36,760 nt of DNA, taken from positions 1-36,760 of IMG/VR virus record IMGVR_UViG_3300032212_000685. One strand, 5' to 3'. A program made the translations under genes and the position numbers. The DNA comes from a virus (taxonomy: Duplodnaviria > Caudoviricetes). The notes beneath the pieces were generated by a model. It was not told the origin of the DNA. It did no database searches and saw only the letters and a program-made list of their open reading frames with translations. Below are positions 26,746 through 35,518 of this stretch, in pieces. Position 1 is the stretch's first letter; each line of letters begins with the position of its first letter.

Positions 26746-27158
26746 GTATGGATGTCCACGACCAAGAACGGCTTGAAATTAAATTTAAAGTTGATGCTCT
26801 ATTAAAAAAACACATGGGGCCAGACGATTGTATTTTGATGAATGAAATATTTGTCGAAGTTACGGGTGGACACATTATCCCTAACCGCCGTTTAGATCAG
26901 ACGCGATTTATTAGAACAATAATTAAAGAGCTTCGTGAACAGGGTTGTCCCATTGGTATTAAAGGTGGGAAAAATGGCGGTTACTTCACAGCGCGTAATG
27001 ACGAAGAGCTGAAAAAAACAATTGAAACATTTCACAGCCGTGCCATGAGCTCACTCAAACAAGAGGCGGCATTAAAACGCATTAGCTTTAACGAATTACT
27101 TGAACAATATGAATTAGAACTATCACAAGAGCAAACACAGGAGAAAATAGCATCATGA
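26742..27158 (+). CDS. winged-HTH-like DNA-binding protein
   Basis: R..I.ELR..G.PI......GYF.A...EEL. Confidence 0.65.
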   Translation: MSMDVHDQERLEIKFKVDALLKKHMGPDDCILMNEIFVEVTGGHIIPNRRLDQTRFIRTIIKELREQGCPIGIKGGKNGGYFTARNDEELKKTIETFHSRAMSSLKQEAALKRISFNELLEQYELELSQEQTQEKIAS

Positions 27159-27778
27159 GCAACGCAGCAAAAAAAATCCCAGACGGGTATATGCAAGATC
27201 AACAAGGTAAGTTAGTTCCCGTTGAAATGGTTAAACCGATTGATATTGAGCGCAATGACATGGTTCTGCAGTTGGTAGACCAGGCAAAAACAAAAAGCGT
27301 CGAACTGGCTGCATTTAAAGAAAACGCAATGAGTGCAATTGAAAAGTTTGTCAATTTGTCTGGTCGTAAATATCAAGTAAAGATGGGCGGCAATAAAGGC
27401 AATGTCACTCTAATGAGTTATGACGGTCGTTTTAAAATTCAACGTGCCATTGGTGAGCATTTAGTTTTTGATGAACGTTTACAAGTTGCCAAAGAGCTTA
27501 TCGATCAATGTCTCAATGAATGGTCTGAAGGAAGTCGCCCTGAAATTAAAGTATTAATCAACGATGCCTTTCAGGTTGATAAACAAGGCAAGGTCAGCAC
27601 AGCTCGCATCTTTGGTTTACAACGGTTAGACATTAAAGACCGCAAGTGGAAAAAAGCCATGAAAGCCATTAGCGATTCAGTTCAAGTGGCAGGTAGTAAA
27701 TCCTATGTGCGTATTTATGAGCGTGTGGGTGATACTGATGAGTACAAACCTATTCCGTTGGATGTGGCAGCACTATGA
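27155..27778 (+). CDS. DUF3164 family protein
   Basis: IP.GY..D..G.LVP, GG.KGN.TL.SYDG, FDERLQ.AK.LID.C, AFQVDK.G, SK.Y.R.YER. Confidence 0.9.
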   Translation: MSNAAKKIPDGYMQDQQGKLVPVEMVKPIDIERNDMVLQLVDQAKTKSVELAAFKENAMSAIEKFVNLSGRKYQVKMGGNKGNVTLMSYDGRFKIQRAIGEHLVFDERLQVAKELIDQCLNEWSEGSRPEIKVLINDAFQVDKQGKVSTARIFGLQRLDIKDRKWKKAMKAISDSVQVAGSKSYVRIYERVGDTDEYKPIPLDVAAL

Positions 27779-27972
27779 ATGAAGAGCTACTTGAAATTGC
27801 TCTCGCTATGCATCAGGACTTGCAAGAGTATGTTGATGCTGGTGAGGAAGCTGGCTCTAACATGACTGCTACTAAAGATTTGCTTGCTGAGTGGGATGTT
27901 GCTTATCAGAAAACTCAACGGTGGCAGGATATGGTTCCTGATGACGGATCTATTCCTGAGATAAAACTATGA
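27775..27972 (+). CDS. hypothetical protein
   Basis: ATGA overlaps on both sides. Confidence 0.65.
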   Translation: MNEELLEIALAMHQDLQEYVDAGEEAGSNMTATKDLLAEWDVAYQKTQRWQDMVPDDGSIPEIKL

Positions 27973-28235
27973 ATCCTGACTTAATAAATGGATTGTTTGA
28001 ATTGGTGGGCAGCTACTTTACCTGGATGAATGCCTGGACATTGTTCAAGCAAAAAGAAATCAAAGGTGTGTACTGGCCAACAACGGTGTTCTTTACTGTT
28101 TGGGGATTATGGAACTTGTATTACTACCCAGCACTTGGTCAGAGTTTTAGTTTTTATGCTGGCATTATTTTGGTGCTAGGCAATATTGTCTGGGTGGGTT
28201 TAGTCATGCATTACAAAAGGAGATTAGCATCATGA
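27969..28235 (+). CDS. three-TM membrane protein (PQ-loop/SemiSWEET-like topology)
   Basis: 88 aa, 3 hydrophobic segments, K..KGV.W loop. Confidence 0.6.
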   Translation: MNPDLINGLFELVGSYFTWMNAWTLFKQKEIKGVYWPTTVFFTVWGLWNLYYYPALGQSFSFYAGIILVLGNIVWVGLVMHYKRRLAS

Positions 28236-28444
28236 ATTCTGATCAACGTACTAAAGCAATTGACAACTTAATTAATACATCTGTAGATGATTGTCGTATT
28301 ACTTTGGGTAATTATTCAGATCCAACTTTGCTCTGTGAATTATTAATTAGATGTCACGACATGAATCATGGTTCCAGAGAACAGGTTGTACGACGTCGTA
28401 TTGCACAATTAATTAAAAAAGAAAAACGTAAGTTTAATGGCTAA
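28232..28444 (+). CDS. hypothetical protein
   Basis: AGGAG SD, ATGA overlap. Confidence 0.65.
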   Translation: MNSDQRTKAIDNLINTSVDDCRITLGNYSDPTLLCELLIRCHDMNHGSREQVVRRRIAQLIKKEKRKFNG

Positions 28445-28892
28445 TAAATCACCTCGCACAAAATGTTATACCTTGCTGGCTGTTGGTAAAAAGCAGCTAG
28501 GTTGGGATGATGAATTTTATCGTGATGTATTCCTGGTTAAGTTTGGTGCGACTAAAGTGAATGGCAAAGTGTCAGCAAGTACTTTAGAGTTTGGTAAGTT
28601 GCATGAAGCGGTTGAGTCCATGAAGCGTTCTGGATTTAAGCCAGTTAAAAAAGGCATTGCTTCTCGTAAACCAGACTGGAGAACACCGCGTATTAATAAA
28701 ATAAAAGCACTTTGGCATGCGCTGCATGATGCTGAAGTAATTAAGAATCCGTCTGAAATTGCTATGCAACGTTGGTGTGCCAGTATTACCAAGAAAGCCA
28801 AACTTGAATGGGCAAACGCGACTGATTTGAATAATTGTATTGAGGCTTTAAAGTCTTGGGCACATCGTGAGCACGTTAAACTTGAACACTAA
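28437..28892 (+). CDS. gemA: GemA family protein (DUF1018)
   Basis: K.QLG.DD..YR, S...L, M...GF, KI.ALW..L, IEALK.W. Confidence 0.88.
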   Translation: MANKSPRTKCYTLLAVGKKQLGWDDEFYRDVFLVKFGATKVNGKVSASTLEFGKLHEAVESMKRSGFKPVKKGIASRKPDWRTPRINKIKALWHALHDAEVIKNPSEIAMQRWCASITKKAKLEWANATDLNNCIEALKSWAHREHVKLEH

Positions 28893-29295
28893 TCCCACCA
28901 TAGAACATGAAGACCTTGAGCTGGTAGATCCGAAACTGTTACCACCACAGATTCGGTTTTATATTAATGTGATTGGTCTACCGGACACATTAAAATTACT
29001 TCAAAAAAAGGGTGGCACATTTCTTCGTGTTCCTCTTTCAGCTAAAGGCACTCAACTTGAACAACTTATTGGCTATGATGCGGCTAATAAATTATGTGAA
29101 GCCATTGCAGGTGAAATTAAAGAGCTGCCTAAAGCCGATAAAATATTAACGCAGTTGCGTAATCATGCAATTAACGAAGCTAGAAAAACAATGTCAGCAT
29201 CACAGGTTGCCTTAAAATTTAATTTAACTCGCCGTCACACTATCAACTTAACCAATGAAGAACCTGAAGACCAGAACGGTGATCTTTTTATTTGA
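28867..29295 (+). CDS. mor: Mor/C-like transcription activator
   Basis: LP......IG...T.KL....GG....VP, RN..I, C-terminal HTH A.KF.LT.R; after gemA. Confidence 0.8.
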   Translation: MSTLNLNTNPTIEHEDLELVDPKLLPPQIRFYINVIGLPDTLKLLQKKGGTFLRVPLSAKGTQLEQLIGYDAANKLCEAIAGEIKELPKADKILTQLRNHAINEARKTMSASQVALKFNLTRRHTINLTNEEPEDQNGDLFI

Positions 29296-29339
29296 CACGA
29301 CTTACTAAACAGATCAAGATAATCGTATATCCCACCTTT

Positions 29340-29390
29340 AAGTAGTGAAACGTTTCACTACTTTTTCACTCCCTCTTATCCCGTCATGCT
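29340..29390 (+). promoter_or_regulatory. late promoter of lysis/packaging operon
   Basis: Perfect 24-bp palindrome aagtagtgaaacgtttcactactt (29340-29363); CATGCT 29385-29390; ATG 6 nt later. Confidence 0.8.
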
Positions 29391-29396
29391 CCATTC

Positions 29397-29924
29397 ATGG
29401 GATTACAAAACAAAAACAAAATACACACGCTAATTATTCATTGTGCTGCTACGCCTAATGGTAAGCACTTTACCACTGAAGAAATTGACCGGTGGCATGG
29501 TGAACGTGGATTTAAGCGTGATAAAAAATTAATTGGTGATCATGCTCCTTATTTAAAACACATTGGCTACCATCTCGTTAATTATATTAATGGTGATGTA
29601 TATGTGGGACGTTCCTTACAGGAAATTGGTGCACACGCAAAAGGTGCTAACACAAACTCTATTGGTCTTTGTTTAATTGGTACAGATAAATTCTCACTCA
29701 AGCAGTGGGAGTCTCTTAGCCACCAAGTTAAATATCTCAAGCAAGAACTACCCAACCTTAAAAACATCATTGGTCACAATGAAGTTAACTCACATAAAAC
29801 GTGTCCAGGCTTCGATGTGCAAGCATGGCTTGCTGGTGGAATGGTTCCGTTGACCTCTCATGTTTTAGCTGATGATTTACCCGAACCCTTTTATGTAGGT
29901 GATGATGATGAGGAGAGTGAATAA
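29397..29924 (+). CDS. endolysin, N-acetylmuramoyl-L-alanine amidase (T7 lysozyme-like)
   Basis: IIHC.AT, IGYH, GAH..G.N..SIG.C, GH.E...K.CP.FDV. Confidence 0.93.
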   Translation: MGLQNKNKIHTLIIHCAATPNGKHFTTEEIDRWHGERGFKRDKKLIGDHAPYLKHIGYHLVNYINGDVYVGRSLQEIGAHAKGANTNSIGLCLIGTDKFSLKQWESLSHQVKYLKQELPNLKNIIGHNEVNSHKTCPGFDVQAWLAGGMVPLTSHVLADDLPEPFYVGDDDEESE

Positions 29925-30520
29925 TGGCTTTGATTACAACAGCATTGGCGCTTGCTGAATTTGTACCAACCATTGCAGGGTGGTTTGGTGGTGATGACGC
30001 AGAAGAAACCACACAACAAGTTATTGATGTTGCTAAATCAGTAACCGGCATGGATAACGACTCCGATGCTATCGCCGCAATTAAAAAAGACCCCGCATTA
30101 CAAATTCAATTTCAACAAGCTATGAGCCCCGTCATCATTGCGAGGCTTGATGCTGAAACCAAACAGCAAGCCGAAACTAATGCCACCATGCGTGCCGAGC
30201 TTAATTCAAGCGACAAATTTAAAAGTTACTGGCGACCTGCATTAGGTTGGTCGGTTGTTTTAAGTTTTGCTGCAACGATGTTTTCTATCTTGTTTATTCT
30301 TGTGTATGGCGTAATTGAAAAACCTACCGTTATAAAAGATTTTGTGACTGCTCTTGGAACATTGATGGGCTCACTAACAATGATGTGGACAATGGCTTTC
30401 GCTGTTCTTGGTGTCAATGTTAATCGACGCAGTGATGACAAAGCTCTTGCTGCAGGCCACCCACCAAAGCCAAAATTATTAAATTCATTAGCAAGTAAGT
30501 GGTTAGGTAAAAATGGATGA
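29924..30520 (+). CDS. holin-like membrane protein (3TM-holin family-like)
   Basis: Follows endolysin; TMR.E..S.D....WRP..GW, two TMs, LG....RS.DK. Confidence 0.75.
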   Translation: MALITTALALAEFVPTIAGWFGGDDAEETTQQVIDVAKSVTGMDNDSDAIAAIKKDPALQIQFQQAMSPVIIARLDAETKQQAETNATMRAELNSSDKFKSYWRPALGWSVVLSFAATMFSILFILVYGVIEKPTVIKDFVTALGTLMGSLTMMWTMAFAVLGVNVNRRSDDKALAAGHPPKPKLLNSLASKWLGKNG

Positions 30521-30731
30521 AGCTGATCACGCTCAGATTTATGAAGAGCAAACAAGGGAACGCGGGATACGTAATGCAACCCAACAACTTAAAGAACCGG
30601 CACTAATAATAAATGGCAAACGGATGTGTATAGATTGTGAAGAAGAAATTAATCCAAAGCGTGTTGAAGCAGTTAATGCCATTCGTTGTGAACATTGCCA
30701 ACCTTTTTTTGAAAAACGGAGCAACCGGTAA
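30513..30731 (+). CDS. TraR/DksA C4 zinc-finger protein
   Basis: MD.AD.A, CIDC...I...R......RC..CQ. Confidence 0.9.
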   Translation: MDEADHAQIYEEQTRERGIRNATQQLKEPALIINGKRMCIDCEEEINPKRVEAVNAIRCEHCQPFFEKRSNR

Positions 30732-30952
30732 TGGCTGACAACGATGAAGTGATGTTTATGTTGGGTCAAATTAAAGGCCAGCTTGAAGGCATGAATAAGC
30801 GCCTTGATAAGGTTGACACAATGGATAGTCGATTGCGTAAAGTTGAACAGCGTGCAGCTATTAACGGTGCAGTAACTGGTGGCTTGATGGGGGTCGGTGT
30901 GTCAGTTATTGCTCATGCTATCCGCGAAGCCTTAAAAGTACAGGGAACTTAA
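30731..30952 (+). CDS. small coiled-coil + TM protein
   Basis: LG.I.G, D.RLR.VE..AA..GA..GG. Confidence 0.7.
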   Translation: MADNDEVMFMLGQIKGQLEGMNKRLDKVDTMDSRLRKVEQRAAINGAVTGGLMGVGVSVIAHAIREALKVQGT

Positions 30953-30955
30953 TGC

Positions 30956-31453
30956 ATGGCTCACAAACCAGAAACGCGTAATGCAGTTCGTGCCTCTTAT
31001 GTTCATGAACACCTTCCTTTAGAAGCTGCTGCTGATAAACATGATGTAAGTTACCCAACCGCTCGCACGTGGAAAAAGCGTGCAAAAAATAATGGTGATG
31101 ACTGGGACAAAGCACGTGCAGCCAATCAGATGGCTAAAGGTGGTCTGGGTGACATTACTACCCAGCTACTTGAAGACTTTACGTTGTTATTTAAATCAAC
31201 GGTTGAAGATATCACCACCGGCGAATATGACGGCTTAAAAAAAGCAGAAGCGTTATCACGACTCAGTGATGCCTACACAAAAACAATGAAAGCCGCTGCC
31301 GGTGGTGACCCTAAAATTGCCAAGCTTTCGACTGCTTTAGAAACTCTGCAATTATTGGCTAACTACATCAAAGAAGAACACCCCGATGTCTTAGAACGAT
31401 TCAGTTTAATACTTGAGCCCTTTGGTGCAAAAGTAAACGAGGCGTTTGGATGA
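30956..31453 (+). CDS. terminase small subunit (DUF1804-like)
   Basis: MAH....R..VR..YV...L.LE.AA...V...TAR.WK.....GDDWDK.R.A. Confidence 0.88.
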   Translation: MAHKPETRNAVRASYVHEHLPLEAAADKHDVSYPTARTWKKRAKNNGDDWDKARAANQMAKGGLGDITTQLLEDFTLLFKSTVEDITTGEYDGLKKAEALSRLSDAYTKTMKAAAGGDPKIAKLSTALETLQLLANYIKEEHPDVLERFSLILEPFGAKVNEAFG

Positions 31454-31512
31454 GTTGTGTTATCGACACATTCGCAATTTTATGTTTACTTTATGGTATG
31501 TGGCAACTATGA
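31450..31512 (+). CDS. 20-aa hydrophobic micro-ORF linking terS and terL
   Basis: MSCVIDTFAILCLLYGMWQL*; ATGA overlaps at both ends. Confidence 0.5.
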   Translation: MSCVIDTFAILCLLYGMWQL

Positions 31513-33239
31513 AGGACATTAAAGAAAAACAGTTCTTAAATGAACTTCAAGATTTAACCGTCAGTCTCCGTAAGGAGATTGAAGCGTTTCAGGTTGGGCT
31601 AGATTCATCAAAGGCTGCTATTGCTGAACGACGTCGTAAAGTTCTAAGTGGTGACTTTGCCTTTTTTGCTTACACGTATTTCCCCCATCATGTTCGTGGT
31701 GAACCTTCTGTTTTTCAGGCTCACTTTTGCAACCGTTTTTCAAAGCTTCTATTACAACAAGCAGGTTGTCGTGAATGGTGGGTTGCGCCGCGTGGTGAAA
31801 CTAAGTCCACTTTGCTCACTAAGATTGGCCCATTGTTTATTGCTGTGCTGGGTTTGTTACAACTCGAAAGTATTCGTCGAGAAATTAACTGGCAAGGTGA
31901 TGCTCCACCTTATCTTGATTATGTGACTTTTTTGGGTGCTGAAACTAAATTGCCCACTAAGTTAATTGAGGTTGTTAAATCTGAACTCACTATGAATGCG
32001 ATGTTGGAAATGGACTTTCCTGAAGTAACTGGGCGAAGTGTTAACTGGAAGATTGGCGAATTCACAACGGCCAATGGCATCAAGATGGAATCCTTCGGTG
32101 CTGAACAAGCAGTACGTGGTACGTTTCATGGTTCATCACGTCCAAAGGTTTTATTGGGTGATGATCTCATTACCGATAAAGAAGCCAAGTCACCAACAGA
32201 ACGTGATAACCGTTGGAGCTGGTTAGAAAAAGCCATTGATTATCTTGGCCCACCTGATGGTTCAGTGAAGTACCTGGGTGTGGGTACCATATTAAATAAA
32301 GATGATCCTATCTCTCGTGCCAAGCAAGCTATTGGTCATATTGTTCATCACTTTAAAGCTATTATTAAATTACCGACCTTTATGGATTTATGGGAACAAT
32401 GCGAAGAACTCATGCGCAATGATGACCCGCGTTTTGAAGAAAAATATAACGACAAGGGTGAAGTAGCTCCACCTGAGTTAATGCCTTCGTATAAATATTA
32501 CCTGAAGCATAAAAAGAAAATGGATAAAGGTGCTGAAACATCATGGCCTGCTGTACGTAGTCTTTATTGGTTAATGCATCAACGTGCCAAAAACAAACGT
32601 GCCTTTGGTACCGAGATGCAAGGTGAACCACTCACCGATGAAGACCTGGTATTCACTAATTATCAATTTTGGGTGTCACGTTTATCGGACTGGATCATGT
32701 TTGGTGCTTGTGACCCATCAATGGGTAAAGGTGAAACATCTGATCCCAGTGCTATTTTAGTCGGTGGCTTTAATGTGCAAAAGAAAAAATTGCATGTGAT
32801 TGAAGCGGACATTAAACGTCGAGTGCCATCTAAATTATCAGCCGATCTAATTAACATGCAAAGAGAGTATGGCTGCCAGTCCATAGGCTTTGAAAACAAC
32901 AATGCTTATGAACACATGCGTAAAACATTTATTGATGATGGTATTGCTAACCAGGTGGTGCTTCCACTAGCAGCTATTACTGCAACGGTTCCACCTGAAG
33001 TGCGTATTGATTCTTTGGAGCCCTTTATTAATGACATCGACCCCAGCATTTTATTTCATTCCACGTTAACGCGCTTAATTGATGAAATGAATACCTGGCC
33101 AGAAAAACAATCACACCACCATTACGATGGTTTAGTCGCACTGCACATTCTTTGGTATGTCGCTGTGACACGTGCAGGTGGTCTACCCAATATTGCAACG
33201 CGAAGACGTAAAGATAGCGTTAATACAAAACGTTACTGA
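31509..33239 (+). CDS. terminase large subunit (start revised to MKDIKEK)
   Basis: APRGETKST Walker A-like, RP....DDL Walker B, GTIL, DPSMG....D.SA and H.DG nuclease motifs. Confidence 0.92.
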   Translation: MKDIKEKQFLNELQDLTVSLRKEIEAFQVGLDSSKAAIAERRRKVLSGDFAFFAYTYFPHHVRGEPSVFQAHFCNRFSKLLLQQAGCREWWVAPRGETKSTLLTKIGPLFIAVLGLLQLESIRREINWQGDAPPYLDYVTFLGAETKLPTKLIEVVKSELTMNAMLEMDFPEVTGRSVNWKIGEFTTANGIKMESFGAEQAVRGTFHGSSRPKVLLGDDLITDKEAKSPTERDNRWSWLEKAIDYLGPPDGSVKYLGVGTILNKDDPISRAKQAIGHIVHHFKAIIKLPTFMDLWEQCEELMRNDDPRFEEKYNDKGEVAPPELMPSYKYYLKHKKKMDKGAETSWPAVRSLYWLMHQRAKNKRAFGTEMQGEPLTDEDLVFTNYQFWVSRLSDWIMFGACDPSMGKGETSDPSAILVGGFNVQKKKLHVIEADIKRRVPSKLSADLINMQREYGCQSIGFENNNAYEHMRKTFIDDGIANQVVLPLAAITATVPPEVRIDSLEPFINDIDPSILFHSTLTRLIDEMNTWPEKQSHHHYDGLVALHILWYVAVTRAGGLPNIATRRRKDSVNTKRY

Positions 33240-33247
33240 GGTTTAAC

Positions 33248-34744
33248 ATGGAAAAATCTGATATTAAAAATGCAGCAACGAAAAAGGCACTCGGTCAAGA
33301 GATAGCAACACGACAAACCGATCCTAATTTTTATGGTGCATTATCTTACTTACCTAACCCAGATGAAATTTTGCGAAAGCTTGGGCGTTCACAAGAAGTG
33401 TTTGCGTCCATTATTGCCGATGCCCATGTTATCGGTGAGATGCGTTCTATTCGTTCTGGTTTAATTAAATTTGAATACCGTTTACAGGCTGGTGGTGACT
33501 CTCCTGCAGATATCCGTGCACTAGAATTATGCCAGCAGGTAATGAACAATAAACCGGCCAAAGGCATGCAATGGATCGATACCTTCTGGAACATGGCGCA
33601 AGGTGTATTCCGTGGTCACCAAGTGCATGAGGTGGTTTGGAAACGTGAAGGCCAGTTCCTGGTACCCGATAAAATTGTTGATCGCCCACAACGTCGATTC
33701 TTATTTTCACCTGACAATGAACTACTTTTAAAATCTAAACAACATCCTATGGGTGAAGAGTTAGGCGATTATAAATGGCTACTCACTCGCCACATGCCGA
33801 GTTATGAAAACCCGTATGGACAAGCATTACTTTCATCATGTTTCTGGCCTTATACCTTTAAGCATAACGGGTTTAAATACTTCGTTAAGTTCTGTGAGAA
33901 GTATGGTATTCCCTGGGCAATTGGAAAGTACCCGCAAGGCACACCTGAAGATGAACAAAATGCTTTGGCCGATGCATTAGCAAACATGGTTGAAGATGCG
34001 GTTGCAGCTATACCAGATAATGGTAGCGTTGAATTATTAGAGCATAAGCACGGTGGCCAACTGGTTCAAGAAAGCTTAATCAAAATTTGTAATAGTGAAA
34101 TGAGTAAGGCGCTCACATCACAAACACTGGCCACTGAAATTCAAGGTGAAGGTTCACGAGCTGCCAGTGAAACGCATCGTGGTCGTGAAGAGTCGGTCAA
34201 TGAATCAGATCGCGTCATCATCAGTGCTGCAATGAATGAACTTTTATCCTGGATAACAGAGATAAACATTGCTGATGCCAAGCCACCCACCTTTGAGTTT
34301 TACCAGGAAGAAGAAGCCAGGCAAGAATGGGTAAATGTACTTAAAGATGCGCGAGACTTTGTTGATATACCGGCACAGTTTGCACACGACCGTTTACAAA
34401 TTCCAATGGCAAAAGAAGGTGAAGATGTATTGCCACGTACAAATGGTGCTTCACCTGCAGCACCTGAATTTACCAAGAGCAGCTGCCCGCACTGTGACTC
34501 CGACTTCAATAAAAAAGATGATCCAATTAATTCATTAACAGACCAGGCAATTGAACAGGCCGATGAGTTAATCGAAGGCATGGTTGATGAAGTTCGTGAA
34601 CTACTATTTAGCTCCAACTCACTCGAAGAGTATCGTGATGGCCTGGTAAAAATTTACCCTAACATTACAGAAACCAAACTCGGTGAAATGACCAGCCTGG
34701 CATTAATGACTGGTTCACTACAAGGTACGGAGGATGCGGAATGA
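33248..34744 (+). CDS. portal protein, Mu gp29-like (DUF935)
   Basis: LPNPD.IL, NPYG..LL....WP..FK, F.EKYG.P...GKY, E.SKA...QTL.TE, S.AA..TH. Confidence 0.92.
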   Translation: MEKSDIKNAATKKALGQEIATRQTDPNFYGALSYLPNPDEILRKLGRSQEVFASIIADAHVIGEMRSIRSGLIKFEYRLQAGGDSPADIRALELCQQVMNNKPAKGMQWIDTFWNMAQGVFRGHQVHEVVWKREGQFLVPDKIVDRPQRRFLFSPDNELLLKSKQHPMGEELGDYKWLLTRHMPSYENPYGQALLSSCFWPYTFKHNGFKYFVKFCEKYGIPWAIGKYPQGTPEDEQNALADALANMVEDAVAAIPDNGSVELLEHKHGGQLVQESLIKICNSEMSKALTSQTLATEIQGEGSRAASETHRGREESVNESDRVIISAAMNELLSWITEINIADAKPPTFEFYQEEEARQEWVNVLKDARDFVDIPAQFAHDRLQIPMAKEGEDVLPRTNGASPAAPEFTKSSCPHCDSDFNKKDDPINSLTDQAIEQADELIEGMVDEVRELLFSSNSLEEYRDGLVKIYPNITETKLGEMTSLALMTGSLQGTEDAE

Positions 34745-34950
34745 TTATGTTCATTGACCTATTGCAGAATAAAGCTTTAATCAACCCGACTGATGTTTCA
34801 TCTGTAGAGCCAGTGCCATATATAAAACTACCAAATAAAGATGGTTTTGTTGATGGTGTAGAAATCATCATGAAGACTGGTAAGAAATTTCTAATAGCGC
34901 TGGATTTTGATTTTGTAACTAGTGCTATTCAAGATGAGGAGAACACATAA
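34741..34950 (+). CDS. hypothetical protein
   Basis: GGAGG SD, ATGA overlap with portal. Confidence 0.6.
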   Translation: MIMFIDLLQNKALINPTDVSSVEPVPYIKLPNKDGFVDGVEIIMKTGKKFLIALDFDFVTSAIQDEENT

Positions 34951-35159
34951 TGACTATTGATATTGCACTATGGAATATCCCTGTATTTATAACAGTTACG
35001 TCTATTGTGGCTGCATTTTTCTTTGTCAAAGAAGATAAGTCCAGTGGTTTTTTATCAGGTGTAAGTGCGGTATTTAGCTTGGGCTTAAACTTAATCGTGG
35101 CGTTAGTAATTTCATTACTGTCGTGGGTTGTTTACGCAATATTTTTTGGTGCCAGTTGA
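34950..35159 (+). CDS. small two-TM membrane protein
   Basis: GAGGAG SD; two hydrophobic helices. Confidence 0.65.
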   Translation: MTIDIALWNIPVFITVTSIVAAFFFVKEDKSSGFLSGVSAVFSLGLNLIVALVISLLSWVVYAIFFGAS

Positions 35160-35302
35160 TGCCATTAACAAAAACCCATTGCTCCATTTGTAAAAAATGG
35201 CTCACAAAAACATATTGGCCTGTTTCATCAACCCAAATATGGTGCAACAGAATTATATGCAGGTTATTTAGATGGTGGGCAGGCTTCGATTGGAAGAATT
35301 AA
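35159..35302 (+). CDS. 47-aa Cys/Trp-rich micro-protein (not in ORF track)
   Basis: TGATG overlap; MPLTKTHCSICKKWLTKTYWPVSSTQIWCNRIICRLFRWWAGFDWKN*. Confidence 0.5.
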   Translation: MPLTKTHCSICKKWLTKTYWPVSSTQIWCNRIICRLFRWWAGFDWKN

Positions 35303-35318
35303 AGTTGAGTAACAAGAA

Positions 35319-35516
35319 ATGAATTTTAACCCTGAAGATTATCGTAGCCTTAATAATGATGAATTAATCCAGGAAGGCGACGTGCAAAAAAATCTCGAAG
35401 AAGGCGCTTATTTTTTAATATCAACTAATGTTATTCATGGTTTAGTTATTGGATGTAGGGTCGGAATGGTTCGTGGTCAGTGGGCTGGATTTAACGACAT
35501 ACTCAGGAAATTATAA
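35319..35516 (+). CDS. hypothetical protein
   Basis: YR.L...E.IQ.GD pattern; ends 2 nt before F. Confidence 0.55.
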   Translation: MNFNPEDYRSLNNDELIQEGDVQKNLEEGAYFLISTNVIHGLVIGCRVGMVRGQWAGFNDILRKL

Positions 35517-35518
35517 CT

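Noticed and set aside
27155-27778. Calling this gene gam or a sulfate transporter
   Set aside because: Motifs match DUF3164, it has no TM segments, and Gam function cannot be shown from sequence
31446-31508. TTG start for terL
   Set aside because: ATG 31509 is coupled to a micro-ORF stop; the extension looks unrelated to the terminase
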